Under the pieces are notes generated by a model. It ran no database searches. It was given only the letters and a program-made list of their open reading frames with translations, and was not told where the DNA came from. Shown here piece by piece: positions 1 to 12,264 of a DNA stretch of 64,000 nucleotides. The first letter of the stretch is position 1. The number at the start of each line of letters is the position of its first letter. The position numbers and the translations under genes are program-made. Origin of the DNA: Tubulanus polymorphus (Eukaryota; Animalia; Nemertea); contig NC_134030.1 of the NCBI RefSeq assembly GCF_964204645.1, forward strand, positions 21,102,210 to 21,166,209. The letters run 5' to 3'.

Positions 1-895
1 TGTGCATGTTTCTCAATCGGCCGCAGTCCCCGGCTCGGTTGTTTATTATTTCTCTCGATCGGCTTTCCGCCAAACCCCCCTCGATCATCAACTATATATC
101 GAAAACCCGTCCTCTTTTTAACCACCGAAAAAATTGTTTCGAAAAATCTTAACGAAAACAACAAAAAAAAATCTGATTTGCACCTAGTGTCGACAAGCTT
201 TCTCCTGTCCCCCCTTCCTACCACACCCCGTGCTCCCTACCCAGACGCTTAGCCTTGAAATCAAACGCGTTTTCAAATAACGTAGATATAACGTCCTTCT
301 AACCGTGTGCCGAAAAAAAGTCCGCGTCGAAATTTTGAAAAAATTTTGTCGATCGAAAATTTGTCCCCGACGAAACGCGCGTCGAAAAAGGAAAAGTTGC
401 GTCCGTTTAGAAATTTGTTCCGGAAAAAAGTCCGCATCGCGAGGCGGCCGTGTTTTTAAGATAACCGTCACAGATTCGGCGCGCCGTTGGACTAGATCCG
501 AAAAAACAGAACGTAGGAAAAAAGAGACAATGCCGGAAGAAAGTCCGCATCGGGTGGCGACCATGTTTTTAAGATACCCACAGCGGACTCGAAAAGCGGA
601 TGAAAAATCGCGGCGGGATATTTCAGCGGCTGTCGTTCGTAAGGAATCGGATTATTTCGTTGTTTTTGTGCCCGAATGAAGGATTTAAATCGTCATTTTC
701 GGGAAATACCATCTTTTCTGTCGCAGCAAATCGTTTGCCATCAAAGAGCGGATAGAAAACACGGACTGGTTGTCGGCGCATGGGACCCGACGACGCAAGA
801 AAGAAGAACAGTTTGTTGTGAACGTTTTTGTGTTATTTTCTGTCGAATGATATTATTTTTTTAGGTAAAAAAATGAAATTTCAATCAGTAAGGTA
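1..895 (+). promoter_or_regulatory. CpG-rich unique block; possible promoter or non-coding first exon with candidate splice donors near 865 and 893
   Basis: Very high CpG density and no repeats. It ends at TTAG|GTAAAA and AAG|GTAGGG, just before repeat-rich DNA starts. There is no convincing ORF. Inference only. Confidence 0.3.
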
Positions 896-1088
896 GGGAC
901 AAAAATGATTCGCCTATATATATATATATATATACAGGGTCCCTACGCCTTCTTGATTCCTTACAAACTCATTTCAAATGGAAAATGCTTTTTAAGATGT
1001 TTGAAACTCCGCTAATTTGAGAAAAATGCCCAAAACTACTTTAATTTTGAAAAATAGGCTTTTAGAAATGTTTGTCTAGTTTGTTGTA

Positions 1089-1256
1089 CAGTAAACTACC
1101 CCTAAATCGTTACAGTTGGGACCTGGGTTTCTTTTCTTTTACTAAATTAGGCGGTTACTGAATTAGAAACCTAGTTTAGTAAATGTCTCAAGGATAAAGA
1201 TTGCCTACGAAACCAGTAAATTAAAAAACGGTACCGATTTTTTGAGGCTTCTACTG
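1089..1256. mobile_element. Tc1/pogo (Tigger)-like MITE nested in the hAT-like element
   Basis: TA|CAGTAAACTACCCCTAAATCG ... CGATTTTTTGAGGCTTCTACTG|TA: degenerate TIRs with TA on both sides. Related ends (CCGATTTAGGAGGAGTC-ACT) occur at ~19780 and ~35820. Confidence 0.6.
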
Positions 1257-1273
1257 TATTTTGGAGATATGTC

Positions 1274-1540
1274 TCCAGGAATGACTGATATCTGTAGGGA
1301 CCCTGTTAAAACTCCTTATATCCAGGAATGACTGATATCTGTAAGGACCCTGTTAAATCTCCTTTTATCCAGGAATGACTGATATCTGTAGGGACCCTGT
1401 TAAAACTCCTTATATCCAGGAATGGCTGATATCTGTAGGGACCCTGTTAAAACTCCTTATATCCAGGAATGGCTGATATCTGTAGGGACCCTGTTAAAAC
1501 TCCTTATATCCAGGAATGGCTGATATCTGTAGGGACCCTG
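1274..1540 (+). repeat. 47-bp tandem repeat family A (~5.7 copies)
   Basis: Unit TCCAGGAATGACTGATATCTGTAGGGACCCTGTTAAAACTCCTTATA starts at 1274, 1321, 1368, 1415, 1462 and 1509. Confidence 0.95.
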
Positions 1541-3237
1541 TGCATTAACTCATAGTATTTAGTTCCATAGTTCACGTGTGTGAAAATTCAACTCAAAACC
1601 GATTTAAAAAAAAACACTGGAAAATTGATTTATTTTGAGTCTTAGAAGTTACCTTTATCCGTGGATCGTGGAACTGGATCTCTTTTTTCTAAAGGTTTTT
1701 CTCGTAAAATTGAAATCAGGTTAATCGAAAGTTTTTCACAATTTTACGAACAGATGAAGATTGTTTTTTGCTAATGTTCAAAGAAAAAATATTTGTGCGA
1801 TCCAGTTCCATGGTAGTCGTCAGTTAATGAGTTTGACTCTATATATTTAAGATAATTTCAGACTTAGGGTTTGAAAAAATGATACCTTGTCTCTCCTAAT
1901 CAGCTGGGTCATTTTTGTAAACAGCGATAAAATCTGTAATCATTTCTATAACTGCCAGGTCTGTTATTGTCAGCTTTATCGTGATTTAAAAAAATTAATG
2001 TACAGGGTATATAGGCAGCCGGCCGGTTCAACCGTTAAGCTCAAGCAGAAATGAGAAACAAGGTATCAATCTTTTCGAACCCGGAGTCAAATTCGAACCA
2101 ATGGCATGGAACTGGATCCGCGCTTAGGCGAGTCGCAATTTCCATAATTTGGTTCAGAAGTGGATGCATTTTTTCAGCGGGGTAAAAAAAGTGCGGCTTG
2201 AATGGAAAAAGCGGTGTTTCTAGGGGGGGGATCTTTTTGGGGGTTACGATTTAATAGAGGTTACTGGCAATGCGTGTTTTTCTCGAATTCGTGCGCTTTC
2301 AAAAGTAAGTCTCTAGCCCTAGTCATTTGTAGAATGGTTTTGGTGGCTGCGTAAGTCGCAGGTCCTTCATGTTCTTAGATTGATTCTACAGAATTTGAGA
2401 ACTAAGTTGCGCGAGTTACCAGTCATTTGGTAGTTCTTATTTTCGGCTTAGAAAACTAAATAGTTTTTCTTGTTCTTCGACTTATTCTACAGAATATAAG
2501 TCGTAAGTCGTTCGTCGAAAGTCTTTTTTCCGCGGTTTTAAGAATTCCTCGGATAGAAATGCGGCGCCGGTTTCTAGAATGGAATATCGGATGACAATTT
2601 GAAATAATTCGAAGTCATCGCGGGGGCCCCGGCTGTTTTTCTCGCCGTTAAAAAGCGTGACTTCCCGATTTCGAAACAAGTCGTAAGTCAAACGACGACA
2701 TCCTTCGGAAAAAAAAGTAATCGCCGATTTTGGTCGGGTTTTGTTTTTCCTGACGATTAAACCAAATGATACGAGTACGTTTTAAAGTTTATGTTCTTAT
2801 TTTTTAAGAATAATTGAGTTTTGAAGGGGATGAGAAATGTCAGTCAAGTACACTTGAATTCTGCTGCAGGTCGTCGGTAGCGTCCTCGAAAAATGCGCAT
2901 CTGATGCAGATTTTTTGGCGGTCTCTTTTTAAATTTTGCCCCCAGTTAAAATATGGTTCAAGTGGCGTCTCCCTCTCCCCCTCTCTCCCTCTCTCTCTGC
3001 TTTTTAAAAATAAGTAATGATTTGTGACTGTTTTATTAAGAGGAGGGGGGGGGGTTAAATGTCAGTCTAAATCGTCTGGATGTTGGTACTTGTATTTAAT
3101 TTATTGCGTTTAAGCCGTGTTTTAATGAGTGTCTGTTGTGTTAACTGCACAGTCTCTCTCTCGCTCGTGATATAATTTTTGAGGGGCCTATTTTATTCTA
3201 AGCGACGATTTTGATGCACATTGCGCCTGGGAGGGGG

Positions 3238-3420
3238 TTAGCTATCTTAGATCCACTGCCTGCTGGCACTAGCTACTTAGTTCCACTGCCAGTCGGGGCT
3301 AGCTACCTTGGATCTGCCGACCGCTCGGGCTAGCTACCTTGGATTTGCTGACCGCTCGGGCTAGCGACCTTGGATGTGCTGACCACTTGGGCTAGTGACC
3401 TTGGGTGCGCCGACTGCCTT
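3238..3420 (+). repeat. Degenerate ~31-bp tandem repeat
   Basis: GCTAGCTACCTTGGATCTGCCGACCGCTCGG-like unit, about 6 copies. Confidence 0.8.
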
Positions 3421-3657
3421 TGATCAGCTTCCTTTACCCGGGCTATCTGCCTCATCCAGAAAACAGGATATCGCTTCCTATATCTTTCTCGCGCGCAGTT
3501 TTCTTCCGTTCCCTGCAGAGGTTTATCTCTCTATCGCGCGCATCGTAAGAAGTAAGTCTGGGAACTGGGTTTCCACACGCGACCTTGGACGAAACATTTT
3601 TGCTGCATGCGCGTATGAAAACATTTTCGCAATCGAGCAATATCTCAGTCACTTGTG

Positions 3658-3660
<3 letters not shown>

Positions 3661-3742
<82 letters not shown>
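3661..3742. repeat. (AT)n microsatellite
   Basis: Perfect AT run. Confidence 0.98.
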
Positions 3743-3745
<3 letters not shown>

Positions 3746-4295
3746 TGTGTAATAGGCTTATGATAAGTTTTTCTCGCATGCTCTACCACTCTCAAACGGC
3801 TTATCAGTCGGACCGATAGTAACTATGGCGATCTCATGCGTTCGCTTATCTGACTGGTGGAAATGATATAATGAGTTATGATTTTATCGCTGTTGCTATA
3901 TCCGATACAATGGTATTGTTTACGATGAGATTTATGAGTTATGCGGGCAGTGTTTGAAAAAGACGCGGAAGTTTTTTCTTTTTTCTCTCTCCCTCTCCCT
4001 CTTGCTCTCCAACTCGCGAGTGTGTTCGCTGCTAAAAGTCGTCGGGATTGAGTTCGGCAGCTTGAAAAATCAAGCTCATTTCCAAGTGATTGTTGTAGAT
4101 TCAGCTGTCTTAACCCAGAACTGTGGAACTGGATCCGGAATTGTGGAACCGGATTTAGGACTGTGGAATTGAGTCCAGTTACTGAAACTTGATTCAGAAA
4201 TGCGGAATTGTGTCCTGTAACCAAACCTGGGCCCAGAACTGTTGGATTAAGTCCATAAACTGGAACAGGATTCAGTACTGTGGAATTAGATCCAG

Positions 4296-4402
4296 GGGCC
4301 ATATGCACAGTTGTGACTTAAGTCCAAAAGTGGTCTTAGATCTTAAGACAAAGTTGGTCTTAGACTGGTCTTAAGTCTAAGCCATGACTATGCAACCGGC
4401 CC
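4296..4402 (+). mobile_element. PIF/Harbinger-like MITE family B, CAG target duplication
   Basis: CAG|GGGCCATATGCACAG ... CTATGCAACCGGCCC|CAG. Confidence 0.8.
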
Positions 4403-4512
4403 CAGGATGTAGGTCCAGAACGGTTTGATTGGGTCAGTAACCATGGAACTGAGACCACAACTGTTTTAGCAGGGTCAAGACCTGTGGAACTTGGTCCAGA
4501 ACTATGGACCTG

Positions 4513-4645
4513 GGACCAGTTGCACAGCTGTGACTTAAGTCCAAAAGTAGCCGTAAATCTAAAGGTCTTAATTTCTTGATTGGCTTTAGAACTAAGTTGG
4601 TCTTAGACTGGTATTAAATCTAAGCTATGACTGTGCAACCGGCCC
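4513..4645 (+). mobile_element. PIF/Harbinger-like MITE family B, CTG target duplication
   Basis: CTG|GGACCAGTTGCACAG ... CTGTGCAACCGGCCC|CTG. Confidence 0.85.
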
Positions 4646-5119
4646 CTGGTGTCCAGAACTGTTGGATTGGGTCGGTAACCATGGACCTGAGTCCACAACT
4701 GAAACGATGGAACACGCTTAGTTATAAAACTTGGCCCTCCTCCGGAGATGTTGTTTTCTACTTCACGTGGAGCTGAGCTGAGCTGAGCTGAGCTCCACGT
4801 GGTATCCGAGATCTAGTTATATTAGAAAAAAGTATATCTTCTTTCTCACACACACTCAGTTGACGGAGGCGTTCTAAAAACAACCGAATACTAATCCTCG
4901 AACGAACGGCAGTAAAACTGGCTGCTGGTTGTTGGTTTAGATTAACGAGCGTTAGTTTACTCAATGCTAATGAACTTCATTTTCTCGGCGCGAGGTTTTT
5001 GATTTCATGGACTCGAGGCGCGCGATGGCTATGTACGGTCGTCGGAATTCATTTATATCGATAAAAATCCTCTTGAGTTTAATATTTCAGCTTACTAATA
5101 ACGAGGTAATAGGGCTTGG

Positions 5120-5400
5120 ATTAAAGTCCAATAGTGGTCTTGTATGGTCTTATAGACTGGTCTTCTTGAAGTTGTTAGATTGACTATAGAACCAAACTCG
5201 GCTTAGACTGGTCTTAGACTGGTAATCAGATTGGTTATAGAACCAAAATGAGCTAGACTGGTCTTAAGATGTTAGATCGGTTATAGAACCAAAATGAGCT
5301 TAGACCGGTCTTGAGTTGTCAGATTGGTTATAGAACTAAAATGAGCTTAGACTGGTCTCAAGTTGTTAGATTGGCTACAGGACTAGGATGGTCTAAGGCT
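5120..5400 (+). repeat. 47-bp tandem repeat family B (MITE B interior)
   Basis: TTAGACTGGTCTTAAGTTGTTAGATTGGTTATAGAACCAAAATGAGC units. Confidence 0.9.
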
Positions 5401-5903
5401 GATGTCACATCTAAACCATGACTGCCTTCAGTTTTGTAGACTTTTTAAACAGCACATGGATTTTGCTTCATTGTCTTCTACTCTCTCTCCCTCTCCCCCT
5501 TTCCCTCTCCCCCCTCTCCCCCTTTCCCTCTCCCCCTCTCCCCTCTCAGTTTGTAATGGTATATATTATGATATAATGATAGAGCCCCGTGGTGCTGTGC
5601 GTGGTAATTGATTAGGCGCTAATTATTTGAATCAATGTTTATTCAATAAAATATCATCGACGGAGCTCACACGCTGGTTGCAGGCTGCGGCATGCGTTTT
5701 GTGCCGGCTATAGATTTAATATCCCAGATGTTGTTTTCATTGTAGTGTATAACATAAGCGTAGGAATATCATCGCGATCTAGAGGAATCTTTTAATATCT
5801 CATCCCTGATTTTGCATCGCGCGGTTTTTTCCATTTTTGTCCGGTCCCATTTCGTCTGGAATATACTACAAGCCATTACAGGAGATACGTCTAAACTTGT
5901 TAA

Positions 5904-6182
5904 CCCTTTCAGTGCGTCTACACTGCAGTGCGGTGTATAAATCGGTGATAGATTTCGCTAGTACACCGCACTGCGGTGTATTGATGTCATTAGTAATTAG
6001 TAATTATCTCTCTTGAAAAATGGCAGCACCTGACGAACATAGTGAAATACTAGTAACTAATGATACACCGCGCCGAGGTGTAGACGCACTATAGTCGTAT
6101 TCCCGTTATTCAACACACTAGTAGGGAATTTTTCAAAATGTTCAAATTATCTCCGGCACTTAATTAGTCCGCACTGAAAGGG
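5904..6182 (+). mobile_element. piggyBac-like MITE (279 bp)
   Basis: TTAA|CCCTTTCAGTGCG ... CGCACTGAAAGGG|TTAA: perfect 13-bp TIRs with a TTAA duplication. Confidence 0.92.
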
Positions 6183-6683
6183 TTAAAGGTGCCATCAACT
6201 AATTGCCGAAAACAATCGCATTTAGCTTCCACTGAAAAGTTGATCGAGTAAATTTTCCCTCCCAGCGATCAGGCAGGTGATTAGCTATTTACGAGACGTG
6301 AACTGATTTACTTTTTACTAAGTCCTATGAAATCATGGACTCGTCGAAACGTTTCAGAGTCCATTTCACCGGGATTGTTTCTAACGGGAGGGAGGGAGGG
6401 GCTGATGTTGAAATCAGATATTCAAGTACAGATAGCGACAGTTCATAGCAGTCCTTGAAGTTTTGAATTGGGAATGGATCTATTCACAGCCCTTGAGTAT
6501 CATGCAATGAGCTTTAAAATCTTCAAGTCTTTATCATAGTCCTTGAATGGTATCAGATCACTGATACTCTTGTAGTAGTTCATTGTTACAGCTCTTCAAA
6601 TCTACTGATTTTAAGAATGCCTGGAAAATGTAAATTTCAGCATTCCTGGCTTAAGCCTTACGATAATATATATAAGTCCTGTG

Positions 6684-7172
6684 TGGCCTGTTCCTCAGTT
6701 GAGATTTAAGTCCAATAATGGTCTTAGATTCTAAGACTAGTCTTAAGTTGTTAGATTGGTCATAGAACCGAAATGAACTTAGACTGATCTTAAGTTGTTA
6801 GATTGTTTATTGAACCAAAATGAGCTTAGACTGGTCTTAAGTTGTTAGATCGGTTTATAGAACCAAAATGAGCTTAGACTGGTCTTAGTTATTAGATTGT
6901 TTATAGAACTAAGATGAGCTGAGACTGGTCTTAAGCTGTTAGATTGGTTATAGACCTAAGATGAACTTAGACTGGTCTTTAGATGTTAGATTGGCTATAG
7001 AACTAAGATGAACTTAGACTGGTCTTAAGTTGTTAGATTGGTTATAGAACCAAAATGACCTTAGACTGGTCTTAAGTTGTTAGATTGGTTATAGAACCGA
7101 AATGAACTTAGACTGATCTTAAGTTGGTAGATTAGTTACAGAACTAAAATTGTCTTGCCATGACCGTGGAAC
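6684..7172 (+). mobile_element. MITE B with an internally expanded 47-bp array (~9 units)
   Basis: Starts with the MITE B left end (GGCCTGTTCCTCAGTTGAGATTTAAGTCC) and ends with the right end (GCCATGACCGTGGAAC), with tandem 47-mers between. Confidence 0.85.
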
Positions 7173-8118
7173 GGAGCTCTGGAATCCGAGTCCAGAAAGT
7201 CATTGAAATTCAGTAAATGAGATCAAGGTCATGGACACTATTTAACCCTGCTGAATCTGGAGAATTTTTCTTCAGGTGGTGTCAGATTTCAAGGGGGGTA
7301 CACTATGCAATGCGATTTCGCGTAGCAGGTGCTTCAAATATGTATGAATAAGACCAGTTCTTGAAATCAACCTTACGAACAAGTTTCTACGCGGCACGTG
7401 ATAGAACCTGTTACTTACGTGTATAATAGTTCATGAAATCGGATCTTTTTCAATTGGAGGCGATTATTGACTTTTAAAAGTCGACGATATGAAAGTGTTG
7501 TTTCTTTTTTTTTTTTCGGCCGGTGTCATTCTCGGCGTTTGAATAGCCGCGTTCCGCTAAACGCCGTTGACAAAACACGTTTGTTACAACTTCGGAGCCA
7601 TCGTTTCTTTTTCGAGACAGGTTTTGATAGATTCGAATATGATTAATGCACAGTTTCTACTCACCCTTTGCGAAGAAATAAAAAATCGCGAGGTAAATAG
7701 ATTTCTAAAGATATTATCATTCGGGAGCTAACAGGTTGTACACAGTAACAGTAGGCTATTCACTAATATCTCTTAATAACTGGTTTTTTGTGCGCGTTTT
7801 TTTTTTTTTTTTGATAATAATCTAACTCGATTCTATTCATGAAGTCGCCGTTAGTGTGTGTTATAGAGCTCTCCAGTGAAAGGTTGTAAAAAGCGATTTA
7901 GCAAACGGAATTATTTTTATGAACTTAGCTCCTCGAAATTCTAATTCCCGTCGGAATCAAGAACGGCTTAGCTTAGCTTGGATATCCTGAGCCTAGCTTA
8001 AATCGACCGTGACTATATACAGGGCTCTGAATTCCAAAGAATTCCTGAAACTGACAGTTTTACTTCTATCGGAATTCTAACTTAAACCCGAGAGCCCTCC
8101 TTGATCAGAAGTGTCCAG

Positions 8119-8612
8119 TGACCGGTTCCATAGTCATGGCTTAGACTTAAGACCAGTCTAAGACCACTATTGTACTTAAGTCTCGACTATGGAACCAGCC
8201 CCTGAAGTCTAAATATTCTACTCTAATTCTTAAGACTGGTCTCAAGTTGTTAGATTGGTTATAGAACCAAAATGAACTTAGACTGATCTTAAGTTAATAG
8301 ATTAGTTAAAGAACTAAAATGAGCTTAGACTGGTCTTAAGTTGTTAGATTGGTTATAGAACCAAAATGAGCTTAGACTGGTCTTAAGTTGATAGATTGGT
8401 TAAAGAACTAAAATGAGCTTAGACTGGTCTTAAGTTGTTAGATTGGTTATAGAACCAAAATGAGCTTAGACTGGTCTTATGTCAGTTAAATGGTATTGGG
8501 TCTTAGCTTGTAAGATAATAGAACCAAAATAGGCATGGCTTTAGACTGGCTGTAAAAACGAAATTGAGCTTATTAAGACTGTTGTTAAATCTGAGACATG
8601 ACTCGTGCAACT
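8119..8612. repeat. Short inverted MITE B (~8119-8201) followed by a 47-bp family B array
   Basis: CCGGTTCCATAGTCATGGCTTAGACTTAAGACC...GGAACCAGCCC, then about 7 tandem 47-mers. Confidence 0.85.
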
Positions 8613-9189
8613 GTAGCCCATAAAGCTCCGATTCTAATCATGAAATCTAATATGTACGTACAGCATCGCGCGCGCGCGCGCGCAGATTAAGGCGCTTCAA
8701 TTATCTTAAACGTCTTAAGATAAATAATACATGATCCCCGTAGGGGGACTAGCGCGTAATAATATCGATAGGATCGTCATTCATTGGCGCGCGCGCAGCC
8801 CTCAGTCAAAGAGCTTTTAGAGAATTTAATATCGCATCTGCGCAATGACAATATCAACATTTCAACTAGCATCGATTTTACGCTCGTGTCGTGGCCTTCT
8901 TCAATACAAACCAAGAGTCGTCTTGAATATCATCTATTGAAATGTGTTTGCTCAATTGAGTTAAACAGAAGCCACGCGGCTGGCACGCAGGCTGGAGGTG
9001 ATAGTGCGACTGTAAATAACGCGCCCTCAGCTGTGTGTGACACATCAATTTCGTTCCCTAGGAATGCGCTAGATGTTGAATTCACACGTTGCTGACTTTC
9101 GCTGCTGTCGATGATTAGTACGAGGGTAGCTTATACAGTTATGTCATACGCCTGCGGTAGTTTATTATAAACCTGAAGTCTTTTTAATG

Positions 9190-10078
9190 TTGATAAAATG
9201 TCTGGTGTTTGTAGATCATTTTCAATTAAAAATGTCTCCAGTGAGGTTCAGAACACATATGAAGTGTTGACGATCAGTTTTTGAAAGTGTGCTGATAAAA
9301 TGTCTAATATCTGGTGTTTGTAGTTCATTTTCAATTAGAAATGTCTCAGGTGAAGCACTGGACACATGTGAAGTGTTGATGATCAGTTTTTGAAAGTTCA
9401 CTGAAAAGATGTCTGATACCACATGTTTGTAGTTCATTTTAAATTAGAAATGTCTCAGGTGAAGCACTGAACACATGTGAAGGGTGGACGATCAGTTTTT
9501 GAAAGTGCGCTGATAAAATGTCTAATGTCTGGTGTTTGTAGTTCATTTTCAATTAAAAATGTCTCAGGTGAAGCACTGAACACATGTGAAGTGTGGACGA
9601 TCAGTTTTTGAAAGTGTGCTGATAAAATGTCTAATATCTGGTGTTTGTAGTTCATTTTCAATTAGAAATGTCTCAGGTGAAGCACTGAACACATGTGAAG
9701 GGTGGACGATCAGTTTTTGAAAGTGCGCTGATAAAATGTCTAATGTCAGGTGTTTGTAGTTCATTTTCAATTAAAAATGTCTCAGGTGAAGCACTGAACA
9801 CATGTGAAGTGTGGATGATCAGTTTTTGAAAGTGTGCTGATAAAATGTCTAATGTCTGGTGTTTGTAGTTAATTTTCAATTAGAAATGTCTCAGGTGAAG
9901 CACTGAACACATGTGAAGTGTTGACGATCAGTTTTTGAAAGTGTGCTGATAAAATGTCTAATATCTGGTGTTTGTAGTTCATTTTCAATTAAAAATGTCT
10001 CAGGTGAAGCACTGAACACATGTGAAGTGTGGACGATCAGTTTTTGAAAGTGTTCTGATAAAATGTCTAACGTCTGGT
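9190..10078 (-). repeat. 109-bp tandem repeat family D (~8 copies)
   Basis: Reverse complement of the AATTGAAAATGAACTACAAACACCAGATATTAGAC...CACCTGAGACATTTTT unit. Near-identical pseudo-ORFs recur every 109 bp. Confidence 0.95.
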
Positions 10079-10309
10079 GAATATATCCAAAAAACTCTCG
10101 GTTCCCATAGTAGTAACGATTGATGTGAACCAGTGTCTGAACTTCTCACAATGAACTATTTATTCATTCAAACTGCTGTCATTTTTCAATTGATTTCATG
10201 TTTTGTCGCAATTGGGTTTGATCAATATTTAGCACTTTTTCATTTAAGGATTTATTGATTGTTTTGGGAGGGCGAGTACTGTCTGCCTGTGTTGTGTCTG
10301 TCTGTCTAT

Positions 10310-10900
10310 CAGATACCTAGTCTTTCTGGGGTATATATCTTACTAATAAAGTCTTATAGCAGCCTTCTGGGGTATATATCTTACAGACCGAGTCTTATAG
10401 CAGCTTTCTGGGGTATATATCTTATTGACCCAGTCCTATTGCAGCTTTCTGGGGCATATATCCTACAGACCGAGTCTTATAGCAGCTTTCTGGGGTATAT
10501 ATCTTACAGACCGAGTCTTATAGCAGCTTTCTGGGGTATATATCTTATTGACCCAGTCCTATTGCAGCTTTCTGGGGTATATATCTTAATGACAGTCTTA
10601 CAGCAGCTTTCTGGGGTATATATCTTACTGACACAGTCTAATAGCAGCTTTCTGGGGTATATATCTTACTGACACAGTCTAATAGCAGCTTTCTGGGGTA
10701 TATATCTTACTGACCCAGTCTTATAGCAGCTTTCTGGGGTATAAATCCTACAGACCTAGTCTTACAGCAGCTTTCTGGGGTATATATCTTACAGACTGAG
10801 TCTTATAGCAGCTTTCTGGGGCATATATCTTACAGACCGAGTCTTACAGCAACTTTCTGGGGTATATATCTTACTGACCCAGTCTAATAGCAGCTTTCTA
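10310..10900 (+). repeat. 41-bp tandem repeat (~14 copies)
   Basis: GTCTTATAGCAGCTTTCTGGGGTATATATCTTACAGACCGA unit. Confidence 0.95.
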
Positions 10901-11094
10901 TTGTACATGTAATCTATTATGATGAATGGCGCTGTTGACAAAAGTATAATGTGATCGATTAAAAATGGCTCTGGATATCTCGGATGGTACCTCCTACACT
11001 ACGGTCTATGCGTTACTGATGCCTCAAAGCTTTTTGATTTCGCTCCAATTTCTCCTTTTAGCAAGGCTCAGTTCCTTAGTAGAGTCTTACATTT

Positions 11095-11372
11095 AGAAGT
11101 GGTCTTAAATCTTAACACTGGTCTTAAGTTGTTATAGAAAAAAAGTGAACTTAGACTGGTGTTAAGTTGGTAGATTGGTTATGGAACCAAAATGAGCTAA
11201 GACTGGTCTTAAGTTATTAGATTGACTACAGAACCAAAATGAGCTTAGACTAATCGCGAGTAATATTGAGTTAATATATTGGTTTTAGAATCAGAACGAG
11301 CTTAGCCTGGTCTTAAGGTGTTAGCTTGGCTTTAGAACAAAGATGTCGTGAGAATGGTCTTAAGACAAGCAG
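11095..11372 (+). repeat. 47-bp family B array (degenerate)
   Basis: AGACTGGTCTTAAGTT..TAGATTGG..AGAACCAAAATGAGC units. Confidence 0.85.
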
Positions 11373-11425
11373 GCCCGTGCAGTTCTAAACCCACTCAGTA
11401 TATGAAGCTGCTGTTTCTATCTAGC

Positions 11426-11603
<178 letters not shown>

Positions 11604-12212
11604 ATACATTGTGATTAACCTGCCACGTGCCGTGCGTGTTCAATAATGAGATTAAAATGTAAATTCCTCATTTATTGCGACGGAAATTAAACTGCGGAAG
11701 CCTGCCACGTGAGAGGGAGCGATGAGAGGCAGTGGGGAGAGAGGGAGGGAGGGAGGAGAGAGGGAGAGATAAGGAATGAGACAGAGGGAAATAGCTGAGA
11801 GGAAGAGATGAGGAGAGAAGAGACAGGAGCGGGACAGAGGGGAGAGAGAGAGTGAGAGATGAGGGAGATAAAAGACATGAGGGGTGAGACAGAGATGAGG
11901 GAGAGAAGAAAGAATAAATAGCCTATTTCTTTTTTGCCCGGCAGCAGGTATTATCTTTCTGCCCTTCTCTTGCCCTCTCCCTGTTCTCCTCCCCCTCTCC
12001 TCACTCTCCCCCTCTCCTCTCCTCACTCTCCCCTTTCTCTTCCTCTCCCCCTCTCCTCACTCTCCCCCTCTCCTCACTCTCCCCCTCTCTTCTCTCTGGT
12101 GATCTCTCTTGAGGACGTCACCGACGAGTACGAAAGCCGTAAAGATATTAATCCGACGTCTTAGTCGCCTAGCAACCGGCCCTGTGAAATTGCCAAGTGA
12201 GCGTTTGAGAAT

Positions 12213-12216
<4 letters not shown>

Positions 12217-12260
<44 letters not shown>

Positions 12261-12264
12261 GCAG
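12217..12264 (+). repeat. (CAG)11(CAA)2(CAG)3 repeat
   Basis: Read directly from the sequence. Confidence 0.95.

Larger units (their letters stand above)
935..1540 (+). mobile_element. Non-autonomous DNA transposon (hAT-like CAGGG ends) with a tandemly amplified right terminus
   Basis: CAGGGTCCCTAC at 935-946 is the perfect inverted repeat of GTAGGGACCCTG ending at 1305 and again at 1540. Related fragments lie at ~19820-19895, 23695-23780, 34093-34185 and 35900-35950. No TSD seen. Confidence 0.7.

Noticed and set aside
184-679. Overlapping 124-126 aa basic ORFs at the window start
   Set aside because: They are R/K/F-rich, as expected from CG-rich and A-run non-coding DNA, have no recognisable motif and are open on both strands.
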